A stretch of 64,000 bases of DNA, from positions 5,952,001-6,016,000 of the forward strand of contig CM060734.1 in assembly GCA_030704615.1 (NCBI GenBank). The letters are read 5' to 3'. Both the position numbers and the translations under genes were made by a program. This DNA is from Takakia lepidozioides (Eukaryota; Plantae; Bryophyta). This document shows, one piece after another, positions 49,101 through 61,282 of this stretch. The number at the start of each line of letters is the position of its first letter. Within the stretch, counting starts at the first letter, position 1. Below the pieces are notes generated by a model. That model worked only from the letters and a program-made list of their open reading frames with translations, did no database searches and was not told the origin of the DNA.

Positions 49101-52100
49101 ATACACAATTTCTGTCATCTCAGAGATGAGCATTTAGTGCCAGTACTAGATAGTTCTTCCCCAGTTCGAGGAAGTAGCATTTTATATTGCAGGAGTCAAT
49201 CGTCAACAGCAGGAAAGGACAGGAGATGGTTATGGACGTATTCTATTATAAAATAATCGAGTGTCTGCTTTCCAAGGTGTCTTGTTATGAAGAAAGGCTA
49301 GTCAGTCTGTGTCTGCTGGCCATAACTGCATCATTAATCTATAGACTACATGATGTCTGGCTACAAGGGAAGTCATCTGAAAGTATTGTAGCTCAGCTTG
49401 GTGTGACTGATGGACTTAGCATTTCATTTGGTGATATAAACCTTATGGGGAAAATTGGATGCGCAGGGTATGGGAGGGGATGGAGCGTGGCAACGAAAGG
49501 GGGAGCCTGATATTATTGCAGGTATTAGTCGTGAGGAGAGCAGCAGTGACGATGGTGGGGAAATCGAGGATAATGAAGGATTGAGCAGTGAGGAAGATAA
49601 TGTGCAGTTTTCCGCGATGGCAACAGCCACAGAGGCAGATTTAGAAATACCCGGGGATAATGTGCAGTTTTCCGGGATGGTGTCAGTCCGGGAGACAGAT
49701 CTAGAAATACCTGGGTTCTCATTCCAGAACTTAATGAATGGGGAAATAAGCGAAGACGATGATGATGACATGGATATGCTGTCTGGGGATGAAGAGGCAA
49801 CGGAAATGCTGTTCCGGACACCACTGCCAGGGCAACTGTTCGATGGGGCAAGTGGTCTGCAATCCTCAGCAATGGATACTGAGGGGACCAGCAATAGTCA
49901 GTTCTCTGATGATGTGCATCCTGACCAAGAGGGAGTTTCCAGCAAGCCGAGATCAGCTCGGTGGGGCAAGAGTTATCACTGCAGCAAGTGTTTTGCCCTA
50001 AAGAGAGGCCATAAGTGCCCATTTGAAGGGAATGAAGATGGAGAGGAAGGTCTAGAAAAGCAGGAAGCTGCAATCGAGGTCATGGATCCACCTGCTCTGC
50101 CTCCATCCCCACCCCGAGCCCCATCCTCACCCCCACCTCCACCTCCACCTCCACCTCCACCTCCACCTCGGGCACAGTCACCTTCTATCAAGGTAAGTGT
50201 TTTGTTATCTCTCTTTTCTTCTAAAAGACTTCTCTGCTCACAGATGGTGGTCATGGCTCCCCCAGGAATCATTGTCACAGATCTTAATCATGTTCTGGTT
50301 ACCTTTGACAATAGAATGGCTGTTGCATGAGTTAGGACATGTTCACAGCAGAAGATCTGTCTATCTTCTTATATTAGAGTAGCATGTCACGGATTTTTCT
50401 TTTGTACCACATCGAGACCCTCACAATTTCTTACCCTGTATGTTGTGCTGAAGTTTCGGTTAAAGGTGAAGCCCCCTGCAGAAAGTACACTGAAGGAAGT
50501 TCCAATGACTGCCAAAACACTCCTGGCAACAGGACTGCTAGAGGGCCATCATGTTCGTTACTTGGGTCGCGGAGGAGAAGTACGTCTGTAATTCTCTATT
50601 TCCAAAGTTGCTTCCTGGTATGTGCCTGCATGTCAGAAGGCTTGGAAATTGTAAGTGGGAAGGGAAAGCTCCTTCCAGTTTGAAGGGAGAATGTGAAAGA
50701 ACAGCACAAAGAGTGTTTTCGTGGATGTCATTGGGAGAATTGCGGTATGCTCAATTTTTGCATACCACATTTTCTAACTGGCTTGTTTACCTGGCTAACA
50801 GCAGGTGTTGCTCACGGGGACCATACGGGAAGGGAGTGTATTATGTGACTGCAGCAGGTGCAAGGGTGTACAGGTTGGTCACTTTAATCCTCTGTGACTG
50901 CTTGTACGTGTTCTGCGCTTTTCTCTATGGAGTAGTCTATTGACCTGGCCCCTGGTTGGTGGTTTAGTTAGAAGGCCTGGGTGTTTTTCCAGGGTACTCA
51001 TGTTCTGATGTGAACCGTCTGTGCTGTTTCATCATGTTCTCCATGGCTGATGTGCGTGCTGGTTTGGGTGTGTGTCATTGAAAGATGATAAATGTTTCTG
51101 CATTCGAGAAACATGCGGGTAGCTCAGCTCGGCATCCCAGTGATTTCATCTTCCTTGAGAATGGCAAAAATCTTCATGAGGTTTTGGAGGACGGCTGGAA
51201 AGCGGGTGACAGGAACCTGAATGTCATGTCTGTTCTCAAGGCTGCGATCGGTCCGATAGGAGGTGTTGGTGGCATCAACAACAGAGTTTGTTCAAAGTGT
51301 GGGTCGGGGGAGGGCCAAAAGTTGGTCCCCTGTGCTGTTGCGAAATGCTTGAATGTGTATCATCCAGGTAGAGCTGTTGCTATCATTTGATTGTATGGCA
51401 CTTATTGTCTGCTACTTGGAAAGGGTCTCTGATCTGAAGGCCATGCCTAGCACGGGTAGCTTTCCGGCTCATTTATCAATCATCTCTTGCTAGTTTTAGA
51501 GCCACTGTTGGACACATGAAGTGGGTCGAAGGAGTTATGTGATAGTCTGTTCCTGAAATTAGGTCCTGGGTGCATGCTCAGGTTGGTGCTGTTGGGCCTA
51601 ACTTAGTGCAGGCAGAAGAGGCCACCCTTTTGATAGTGTATTTTTGCAGAACCCGTAGTTTCTTGTTACAATTGGAATTTTTTCTGATTCGCTGTATATA
51701 TGTAGGTTGTGTTGATTTGTCGCGTGCATCTGGTAGCGATGGGCTGTGCCCAAAGTGCCAGAGGGCAGAGAAGAAGCCCAAGTCAACAGTTGAGATAAAG
51801 CCTAAGAATGCTGAAGGAAGGACATGGCAAGCAACCACAAGGTACGGAACCAAATCCCTCAACAAAAATAATGGGTTCTGTGTGTGTGATAATATCAGGC
51901 TTTAAATAACCCAAAACTTAGGGTTTCATCTGCTTGAAAATGCATGTCAGCCAAATCACGCGGCAGCATTCTGCCCCTTGAACACCTCCTAAGACCTATG
52001 TTTATATATGGTGGCCTGCTAATGCTCACTCAGACCCCAGGCTTCACCAAAGAACTATTTTATTTGCTGCCGGGCTCTTTAACTTCTTGCTAGGAAGGCA

Positions 52101-55100
52101 GAGTTCTTTCTCTCACACTGCATTGTCCGCAACCAGGTATCTGTTTAGTAGCAGTAGAGGAGAATTTTTACTTACTTCTCTATGCCCTGTCACTATGGCA
52201 TTTTCCCATACAAAATGAAAAACTTGATATGCCTATGAACCTTTGCCTGGAGGAAAGATTACATCATAATTGGTGGGGATGGAGAGAATTGAAGAGGAGA
52301 GTGAGATATGCTGTTGGCCTGGATATGCTAATGAAGTAGTAAACAGGTTTATCAGTTCTAGCTCTAACATTGTAGTAGTTGTTTGTCATTTCTTCATGGT
52401 ACTTCATCTGCAAGAGCAATAATCTCCCTGGATCAATTGTCCTATTTCTTGTTACAGAGATGGGAGTGCAGGGAGAGAGAGAGAGCTGGTGGGCTTGACA
52501 AGCAACAGCAGGGATGCAAATACCAATCTGCACAAGGCCCTCTTCTTGCCAGGTGGTTTGCCAGATGATATTGCAGTCGGCTACTATGTGAAGGGCCAGG
52601 TTAGCAACTTTCTTGTTGTGCTTTCTGAAACGCATAATGAAGATGTTTTTCCACTGTAATCCAGAGGTCACCCTGGCAGGATTTTTTGTTTTTGTTTTTT
52701 TTTTTTGTACGACTGGTTTATCTGGACCTCTAGTCGGTTGCAGTTTTGTTGGGAGATCAGGCTGGTTTCAGGACTTTGAGATCATCTGTTCCTCATAACA
52801 GCAGTTCTAATGTCTGAAAGGGAAAGGAATTTTCTGGATAGAAACTCATGTCTTGGAATTCTGTGGCAGTGTTTTCAAACGGGGGTGAAGAAAGGTGCAG
52901 GGATCTGCTGTAGTTGCTGTCAGCAAGTGGTGAGTAGTAGTCTATTGCGTGGCTGTATGTCTCATTTAAAAGTGTGACAAAAACTTTACGATGTGCCCAG
53001 GGGCCCCCTAGGGCCCATAAGGGGGAACATATCACAACAAGAAACCACTCAGAAAACAGAGAATGAGCAGTAGGGAGCAGAGTACTGAGCAAGTGCAGCT
53101 TCATTTTCTGACCAGTATAATTATTTACTGTAGTGCACCAGTTAGAGTAAGGCTCTTGGATTTGTGACCACTCCACCTCCTCAACGGAGTTACTATGCAG
53201 TGTAACTTTAAACTAAGGCTCTCCGTCTCGAGATTTGTGCTGGTCAGAGGGTGTTGTTTACAAGTCTTGTGATTTGTCCATGGGATGCAATTTGTTCAAG
53301 TGGTTATATGGTTGTAATTTGTTAACATATATAGAAGAATTTGCAAATCTCCCTCATTTCTTACCAGTCATTCTGTGCCACCAAAGTATCTGTCTAGTTT
53401 TCAGTTACATGTGGAGGAATTTCTTTAAAAAGATCATTTTTACCCTAGGTGGATCTTTTTTGGTGAGCTTTTTGAGTTTGCACTAGTAGAGATGACTCTC
53501 AATTGGGATGATTTGATGTGTTTGCAGATCAGCTGCACCTTGTTTGAGCAGCATGCTGGCTGGGGTTCTCGTCGGAATCCGTAAGTTTTGCCCGAAGCCT
53601 ATATGATGTGTGTGGTATATTTGGGGGAGGGTTATTTGGTCCAAAATGTTGGAATGTGAGGCATCATAAACCTGTTCTAGATGATAACTGGACACACTTC
53701 ATTGGGAGGTTTTTCACTGTTTGACTGAACACCTGATTGAGATGAGTCTTGAATTCCTGGGAGATGATTTTCCTCTAGTGTATCAGCTTGACTCCTAGGC
53801 ATGAATCCTATTTACGGACCGTGCAAATCTCTATTAAATCATTTGACAGGTATGGAAGCATCTATCTTCCGGATGGTCGGTCGCTCCATGTGGCGGCCCA
53901 ATCGCTTGCTGGTCAGAACAAGGTTAAGAAAGTGGGGAGCACATCAACAGCAATTGAAAACGTGGACCACTGCACTGAATGTGGGGACGGTGGAGATCTT
54001 GTTCTGTGCGATAGTTGCCCAAGTGCCTATCATCAAGGTATAGATTTGCACGCACCCTTCCAACCTGTGTTTCGTTGCATTGTCCATCTGTGTGACTGAG
54101 GATACGTTCAATATTGTGTCACCCCTTCATACTTTCGTCTTGTACCGCATCTCTGTCTATGGTCCCCAGTTTCTTCTTGGTGTGGTCATCCTAAGTTTAT
54201 CTGCAGGTGATATCTGCCTGCGTGGTGGTTTCCAGTCAAGGGATGTCACGTGCGAATCTCAGTTCCTTGAAAACATGCCAATTTTGAAGAATCTGATGTA
54301 CAATTATGCTTCTGTTGTCCTCCCTTTGCAGAGTGTGCTGGTCTCACAGGTGTTCCAGATGGTGATTGGTTTTGCCCGCAATGCCAGGAGCAGCAGTTGG
54401 GGGTTACTGGGGGCCTTCGTAGAGCCAAGAAGCGGGCTAAGGGGGCTGCAAAGACCTGCCTCACAAAGGATCGCGTCACTGGACGCTGCACACGCTTGTT
54501 GAAAGTCCCAGAGAGTGTTGCCATTGGCGGATGTGTGTTCTGCAAGTGAGAATCTCTCTTTTTCTTACCTCGATTGATGACTCTATTTGGGCTTTCTGTC
54601 CCGTTCGCATCCCGTGGCTGGAGTTCTCTTTCAAATCCATACTATGTTGCAATTTGGTTGGTCTAACATCAGATTGACATGCCCTTTCAGATCCGGGGAC
54701 TTTGCTAAATCCGGATTCGGTGCAATGACAATCTTGCTTTGTGACCAAGTGAGTAAACTGTCGCCTCTCTTTATTGAAAGATAGAATGATGTTGTGAGCT
54801 TTGGAGTGATGGTCCTTGATTTGGCATGACATCCCTCTTCAGCTATGAAGGGTAAGGTCGTAAGGGTTCATTTTGACACCCGATATTATCAAGCCTGCAG
54901 TTGTCCATGGATTCTCTTTTTTCAATCTCTTGAATGTGCCTCCTGAACCAGTTAGAGGCATGTGTTGGAATTATTTTATGCAAGGATGCTTGTGTCATCC
55001 TCGAAAAGTTCAATTTTGCAAAGGGGGGACAATTCTTGAGCAAGTCGCAGGTGCTGGGAGAATAAATTGTCTTAGTGATGTGCGTGGGATTGGAAAGTTA

Positions 55101-58100
55101 ATGGCTTGACTGTGGGTTTGTCAGTGTGAAAGGGAGTATCATGTTGGCTGTCTGAAGGAACATGGATTAGCAGACCTCACGGTGGGTTCTGCTCTCTTGT
55201 ATGATTCACATGTTATTATACTTGAGCAGGCAGGCCCAATGGTTCAGTGTTTGTGCCTTGCCTGTCCATAACTAGGTGATCCTGGATTCCTTAAAAATGT
55301 TCCTAACCGGCTCTGTAAATTTGCTGAACTTTAAACAAGCTTTATCTTTACCTTTATCTTTGGTTACCTCTGAAATGCGAGTTCAAAGTTTAGTTGGCTC
55401 TCATAAGCCAGCACGAAAGCCAATTATTATTTCTCAGGAAATTGTTGCCTTTTAGGGATATATATGTCATGAATCACATTTTTGGTTGAGTGGAAAAATG
55501 CTTTAGCTAGATAATTAGGTTATGTCAAATCTGGAGTACCTATCATCCGTTTATGGCTGACTGTTACTTCTCATCTTTGCAGGCGCTGCCAGAAGGCGAG
55601 TGGTTTTGTGGATGGGATTGTAAACATATCCACAGTATACTAAATCTATTGGTGGCCAATGGGCCAGAACCGTTGGCAGATAGCATCATCAGCAAAGTAT
55701 TGGAAAGCAGGCAGAGGCAGGGCAGTTCTGACGAGCAGGCCGAGTCCAGCAGTCCAAGCTTTGAGTGGCAGCTGCTCCATGGCAGGCGTGGCGACCCTGC
55801 AAATGGCCGGACCCTTGCTGAAGCTGTGGACATTTTTTCAGTTTGTCTTTCATATGCCCCCAAACTCTCTCCCATTCATTTTGTTCTTTCAAGGAGTGTC
55901 CTGCTTCAGAGCCACAAGCTAGGTTAATGATATCTCTACCCCACCAACACAAGTAGGTTGATTAGCGGCCAAGGCCTAGGTTTTTTTCCCCAGTTGGATT
56001 CTCTATCGTTGATTTCATATAGGCCAGGGGAACGTCAATGGGTGATTTTGTGCTTTTGTTCCTTGCTTTTTCTAACTTGGATTTAAGAAAACCATGCTTT
56101 GTCGCGTTATTAGACCTGCCTTGGAGTACGGATCTGCTATATGGGTTGATAACTCCAACCAGGCTAAGTCTCTAGAATCCATTCAAGTGGGGGTGCTTAA
56201 GGAGTGTATGTCAGCATGCTCCAAAACAGCCAATGTGGCTGTTCGGGGTGAGTTTGGCATTCCGTCCTTAAGCTCCCGACGAGATGAATTCAAGATCAGA
56301 TGGTGGGGTCAGCTGCAACATATGCCCAACACCAGATATCCTAAGTTAATCGACTCTATATCTTGGAAACAGGACCGCCCTGTCAAACAGGCTAAGTCCT
56401 GGCAGAAGAGAGTAGAAGAGATCCTCAAGGACCTGGACCTGGATCCGCAAGTCTTGACCCTGCTGGATAAATCTGACTTAGAGGCTGTAGTGTCCTCAGC
56501 CATGTCTGTTGCCATGAGATTGTCTGATGAAAATGAAGTTAGGCAGAAAACTTCCCTGAACTTGTTTCCAGTCTGTGACATGGGGGAGGACATCTTGGAT
56601 GACCTCGAGGGTCTACCCACTCTCGGCACTAGACTGAAATTTAAACTCAGGGCAGGAAGCCTACCTTTGAACAGCAAACAGAAGCAGAGAGGAAAGGGAG
56701 AGTGCAATTGCCCGTTGTGTGGGCAATCTGAAGACAGTATTCATTTTCTGATACACTGTCCGGGGTTCTCTCACCAAAGAGACTCTCTCTTCAAATCTAT
56801 TAAGGGAATTGTGCCTGTACCCCTGTTTACCAACTTTGAAAGTCTCGAGGCTGAGCCAAAAGCCCAGGCCCTCCTGAGGCCTAGTTTTTGGGCAAATCAC
56901 ACACAGCAGATTGATGCTTGTGTGAAGGGATTTCTAGAGGATATCTGGAAAACCCGGATTAATTCTTTATATGGAGGTAAGTCTTACTACCAACGTCAGC
57001 CCCTGACAGAGGTAGGTTCTGTCCCTTTTGTTCCCGCTCAAACTGGGCGCGGGGTCAATGGCCACAAGGCTACGGCAAACAACGTCTTATGAGTACAATC
57101 TAACTTGGATTTAAAATTTGCAGGAGTGTTTTGATCCAATTGTGGATGGAACATCAGGACGCGATTTGATTCCCCTCATGGTGTACAGGTGTGGTCTCTC
57201 TAGGATCTGATGTTTATGGCAGTGGAATGTGTGAAGAGGATGGCTTTACCTTTACCTGCCTGGTTACAGTCTGCTGCCTGAGATCTCCCTTGCTGGCTGG
57301 GGGGGTTTACTGGCCATGATGTCACATCCTGTAACCTTAGTGGATAATAGAGCATTGGCTGAGAATCTTAGAGTAATTGAATAGTGGGTTTTGACAATTG
57401 ATCTGTATTTGTCTTGGGGCAGCCGAAGTATAAGAGATCAAGAGTTTGGAGGCATGTACTGTGTAGTGCTCAAGCGCAAGTAAGCTGTTTTCAAACCCCT
57501 TAAGAGTCCTGTTTTCGCTTGATGAAAGGAGGTCGGTCTTGTTTGCTCGATAGCTAATTTATGCGGCGTGATTATCAAGTAATCAACATGTAATTTTCTC
57601 CAGTAATGTGCCCATTGTGATAGTAGTTGGACTTCATCCAAGTTCTAACCAGGGAGCCTGAACTTCCCAAGTAGAGAAATTAAAAGTTTTTTATGTGCTG
57701 TGGTGTTGTCTACAGTGACAAGGTAGTGTCCACAGCCCTCATTCGAGTTTTTGGGAATCAGCTGGCAGAGGTGCCCCTTGTAGCAACTAGCCTTGGACAC
57801 CAGGGCCAGGTCGGTCTCTCTTCTCTCTTTCTCCCTCTCTGGATAAATCTGACTTAGAGGCTGTAGTTTCCAAAGCCGTGTCTGTTGCCACGAAATTGTC
57901 GGATGAAAATGAAGTTAGGCAGAAAACTTCCCTGAACTTGTTTCCAGTCTGTGACATGGGGGAGGACATCATGGATGACCTCAAGGGTCTACCCACTCTC
58001 GGCCCTAGACTGAAATTTAAACTCAGGGCGGGAAGCCTACCTTTGAACAGCAAACAGAAGCAGAGAGGAAAGGGAGAGAGCAATTGCCCGTTGTGTGGGC

Positions 58101-59490
58101 AACCTGAAGACAAAATTCATTTTCTGATTCATTGTCCGGGGTTCTCTCACCAGAGAGACGCTCTCTTCAAATCTATCAAGGGAATTGTGCCTGTACCTCA
58201 TTTACCAACTTTGAAAGTCTCGAGGCTGAGCCAAAATCCCAGGCCCCTTTTGGGCCTAGTTATCGGACAAACCACACACAGCAGGTTGATGCTTGTGTAA
58301 ACGGATTTCTAGATGGTATCTGAAAAAACCGGATGAATTGTAAGTCTACTACCGGTGTCAGCCCCTGACAGTCCCTTTGTGTTCCCGCTCAAACTGGGCG
58401 CAGGGTCAATGGCCACAAGGCTATGGCAAACAAGGTCTTATGAGTACATTCTATTTTCTTCCAAACCCTGGTGGGTGTGGGTACCCCACAAAAGGGTTAG
58501 TCTGCCACGGGGTGAATGGCTCTAAGGCTATGGCAAGCCAATGTTCCCAGGGAACGGCATGATCACTTATTTTGTTCCAAACAATATCTTACGAGTACAT
58601 TTTCTCTAGTTTTTTCTTTCTGGGCCTCTGCAAATCTTGAGGCTGAGCCAAAAGCCCAGGCCCTTTTGGGGTCTAGCTATTGGGCAAATCACACACATCA
58701 GATTGATGCTTGTGTGAAGGGATTTCTGGAGGATATCTGGAAATCTCGGATCAACTGTTTATTCCAAGGTAAATCATACTACCGGCGTCAGCCCCTGACA
58801 AAGGTAGTTTCTGTCCCTTTATGTTCCGTTCAAACTGGGCGCGGGGTCAATGGCCACAAGGCTACGGCAAACAATGTCTTATGAGTACAATTTCTGGGCC
58901 TCTGGATGGAAGAAATCTTTTTTTTTGTCTCACTCTCTTTAGCTTTTTAGTTTTATACACTTATTTTATCGGCTCTGTTGTCCCATTTGGAGAATGTTAG
59001 ACTTTTTTTTCCAGGAAGAGTTCGAGTTCTTTTGAAGGTGTGTGTCAAGAGTTATCAGTAGGCTTGCCTGGTCAAAGGGGTTTTCGGGTTCTCTTATCAA
59101 TCTCTCGGTGATGTATACAGGGGCACTGTAAAGCACTTTTGTTATCAATAGAGAGACTACTGGGTTTGTTGGGCGTTGAGAGTCTGGCACTCCCAGCAGC
59201 GGATGGTGCCGAGGACATTTGGGTAACAAAGTTTGACTTCAGCCAAATGACCGACGAGCAGGTTGGTGTTTTGTTCTAAAGGCATCTGCTGCAGACCTGC
59301 GTCATTTCTGTCCAAAATCGTCTTACCAATTTATTTCAGAAGCCTTTTTTCTAGTCACATGCAGTATGTTTCAAGTGTTGGAGTGTGTCTGGTGTTGCAG
59401 CTCCAGAAGTTTCGGTCGGAGGTGCAGATGATGATTTTCTCAGGGTCTTCTATGCTCCAGAAGCCGATCAACCCATTGGCTATCGAATAG
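46152..59490 (+). CDS. TDBD/PHD-finger GNAT acetyltransferase (IDM1-related family), 20 exons, about 1699 aa
   Basis: Phase-consistent GT-AG exons: 46152-46600, 46934-48767, 49467-50192, 50454-50579, 50805-50873, 51085-51367, 51706-51841, 52458-52599, 52870-52929, 53528-53580, 53850-54037, 54332-54545, 54691-54748, 55125-55181, 55583-55840, 57124-57188, 57423-57479, 57716-57809, 59121-59261, 59401-59490 (5100 nt). Motifs: LLATGLLEG; FEKHAG..RHP; FEQHAGWGSRRNPY; CTECGDGGDLVLCDSCPSAYH; LLCDQCEREYHVGCL; GRDLIPLMVY; FGGMYC; AEVPLVAT; LPAADGAEDIW. The 5' exons are less certain than the 3' exons. Confidence 0.88.
47090..48310 (+). repeat. Degenerate coding repeats of about 60-65 aa in exon 2
   Basis: KVET.SSG...E.SA.VEPMQLE.KE....EA...VVSE....EPA..SSVG recurs about 6-7 times. 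Confidence 0.85.
50132..50168 (+). repeat. (CCACCT)n encoding poly-proline
   Basis: Perfect hexamer run within exon 3. Confidence 0.9.
56087..57098 (+). mobile_element. 5'-truncated LINE in an intron, with 16-bp TSD
   Basis: ORF IRPALEYGSAIW...RGEFG...RYPK...CPLCGQSEDSIHFLIHCP. TCTAACTTGGATTTAA is duplicated at 56071-56086 and 57099-57114. Confidence 0.92.
57839..58449 (+). mobile_element. Second, shorter copy of the same LINE 3' end
   Basis: Matches 56463-57097 with indels and ends TATGAGTACA. Confidence 0.9.
58631..58890 (+). mobile_element. Third LINE 3' end, with 14-bp TSD
   Basis: TTTCTGGGCCTCTG at 58617-58630 and 58891-58904. Ends TATGAGTACAA. Confidence 0.9.
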
Positions 59491-61020
59491 TGTTTTGGTT
59501 AGGCACTTGATTGCGCTCATGGGTGGGTGGAGCTATGGATGGTGTCTGGCCATATTAATGGCGCAGTTCTCTGGGTTATTCTGCTGGAATTCACGCGACA
59601 TGTTGTAGGAAAGAAGGCATTGAGTAAAAGCCAGAATGAACATAGTGGTCTCAGGTAGTAGTGGCTTCAAATTCATATGCACCGAAGTTGCCGTCGATGT
59701 CATTATTGGCCTCTTTGCCTTCATTCACATTCAGGACAAAATCTGTGATCTGTAGAGGTTGAGAAGAGAAGACCTTTATTTAGGATGGCTTACAGCTGCT
59801 GGTAAGAGCTGAGAAGGAAGTGAATGAGGAATTTCTGTTGAGGTCTGGCGTGTTTTAGGGCCAGAGTCAGTGTACCAGGTAATTTGAGTTTCATGCCAGT
59901 TGACCACTGGAGACAACTCCCTGTTACTATTGGTGAGCTATGATTCTGGGATACTAGACACAAAGCTCTTCTCTGGGAGGAGATTTCAAATTGAGATTAC
60001 ATATTTCTCTTGTTCTTCAGGCATATTTGAGCTCTCTCATTTGAGCTCAGGGTTTTTCTTGAGCACAGAGCCCAGTGAGTACTGCCACACCAAGCAATGT
60101 GTACAAACAGATATCTTGTTATGTGAATATTGACACTTTGTGGCATCTACATCTATGGGCAGATTCTGTTTCCTTTCCTCTCACATGATAAGCAAACTAT
60201 TCTGACTTCCCTGGAACAAAAGTGCTGTTTATCTTGTGAGAAGCTCCTGCCCCAGTGACTGATGAGCAGCACACTGATGTGGTGGCAGTCCAGTGATCCC
60301 ACATGATCCAGTTGAGACCAAAATGAAGGTCCTTTCACAATCATCAACCACCATAGTTGCCGTTGGTAAACACTATCAAGTGGTCATCTTGATGAGACAT
60401 GTGACTGTCGGCACTAATTTTGCGTGCACTCTTTGAGGGCAGTGGTTTCCACTGTTGAAGATTGTGTCATCATCTTCTTCATCTTGTTGTGTTACATGGA
60501 TCAACAGAAGTGCCCTCAGAGTCCAAGCTGCAGGAGAAAACTCAACAATTCTTGGAATGACTGTCTAGGGCCAAGTCAATTGTGTGCCCATCAAGGAATC
60601 CTTTGAAGCAAACTACAAACCACGCGTAATAGAACTACAAATCAGATTGTCCTGTGGACATTCCATGAGGTAAAGTTTGCAACAAGGGGTGGGGTTCATA
60701 AGTGAAAGCTCCATACCATGTTTCGTGGAAGATCCGTAACCGGCAGTTGTTCGTTTGTCAGGAGCTTTGCCATTAACCTAATGTTGGTATGTTGTCACTG
60801 TTTAGTAGGAAGGGTGAGCTCATATGGCATGCCAATGAGGCACCCATAGGTCCCGAAAATATATAGCTTTCGTGGGTTTCATCACCGTGGGATCCTTCAG
60901 GAAAGAGAAAGACGGAAGTGAGAAGGCCTTGCAAAGCAGCTTTGTGGCTTATATATGCCTTGCTTGTGGCAGAATGTGTTGGAATATTATCATCTTACCT
61001 ACTCAGGCACAACTTTATGT

Positions 61021-61246
61021 TGAAGACATGATAAGATTAATATCAGGACACATTACATACTGTCAGAGCTCATGAGAGCTTCACTCTGTCTCTCATCTCT
61101 AGACAAGTACCTCTCGTGTGTGTGTAGACTACCACCGAGCTTCACACCCTTGGTATCCTGGACACGAAGAGTCAGATGTAACTACAACAACCAACTCACA
61201 GACTCCTAACAATATAATGACAGAGAATTTATCATTCATCTCTTCA
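61021..61246 (-). mobile_element. 3' LTR of the copia element (226 bp)
   Basis: Terminal inverted repeat TGAAGAGATG...CATGTCTTCA (9/10 match), directly after the purine tract AGTGGGAG on minus. Confidence 0.7.
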
Positions 61247-61282
61247 CTCCCACTGATGCTCTGTCATATATCCCTAGTATTA

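Noticed and set aside
33116-59490. Functional link between the DNMT-bearing retrotransposon and the nearby IDM1-related anti-silencing gene
   Set aside because: They are separated by unrelated TE fragments. Proximity in a TE-rich eukaryotic region is not evidence of a system without conserved linkage.
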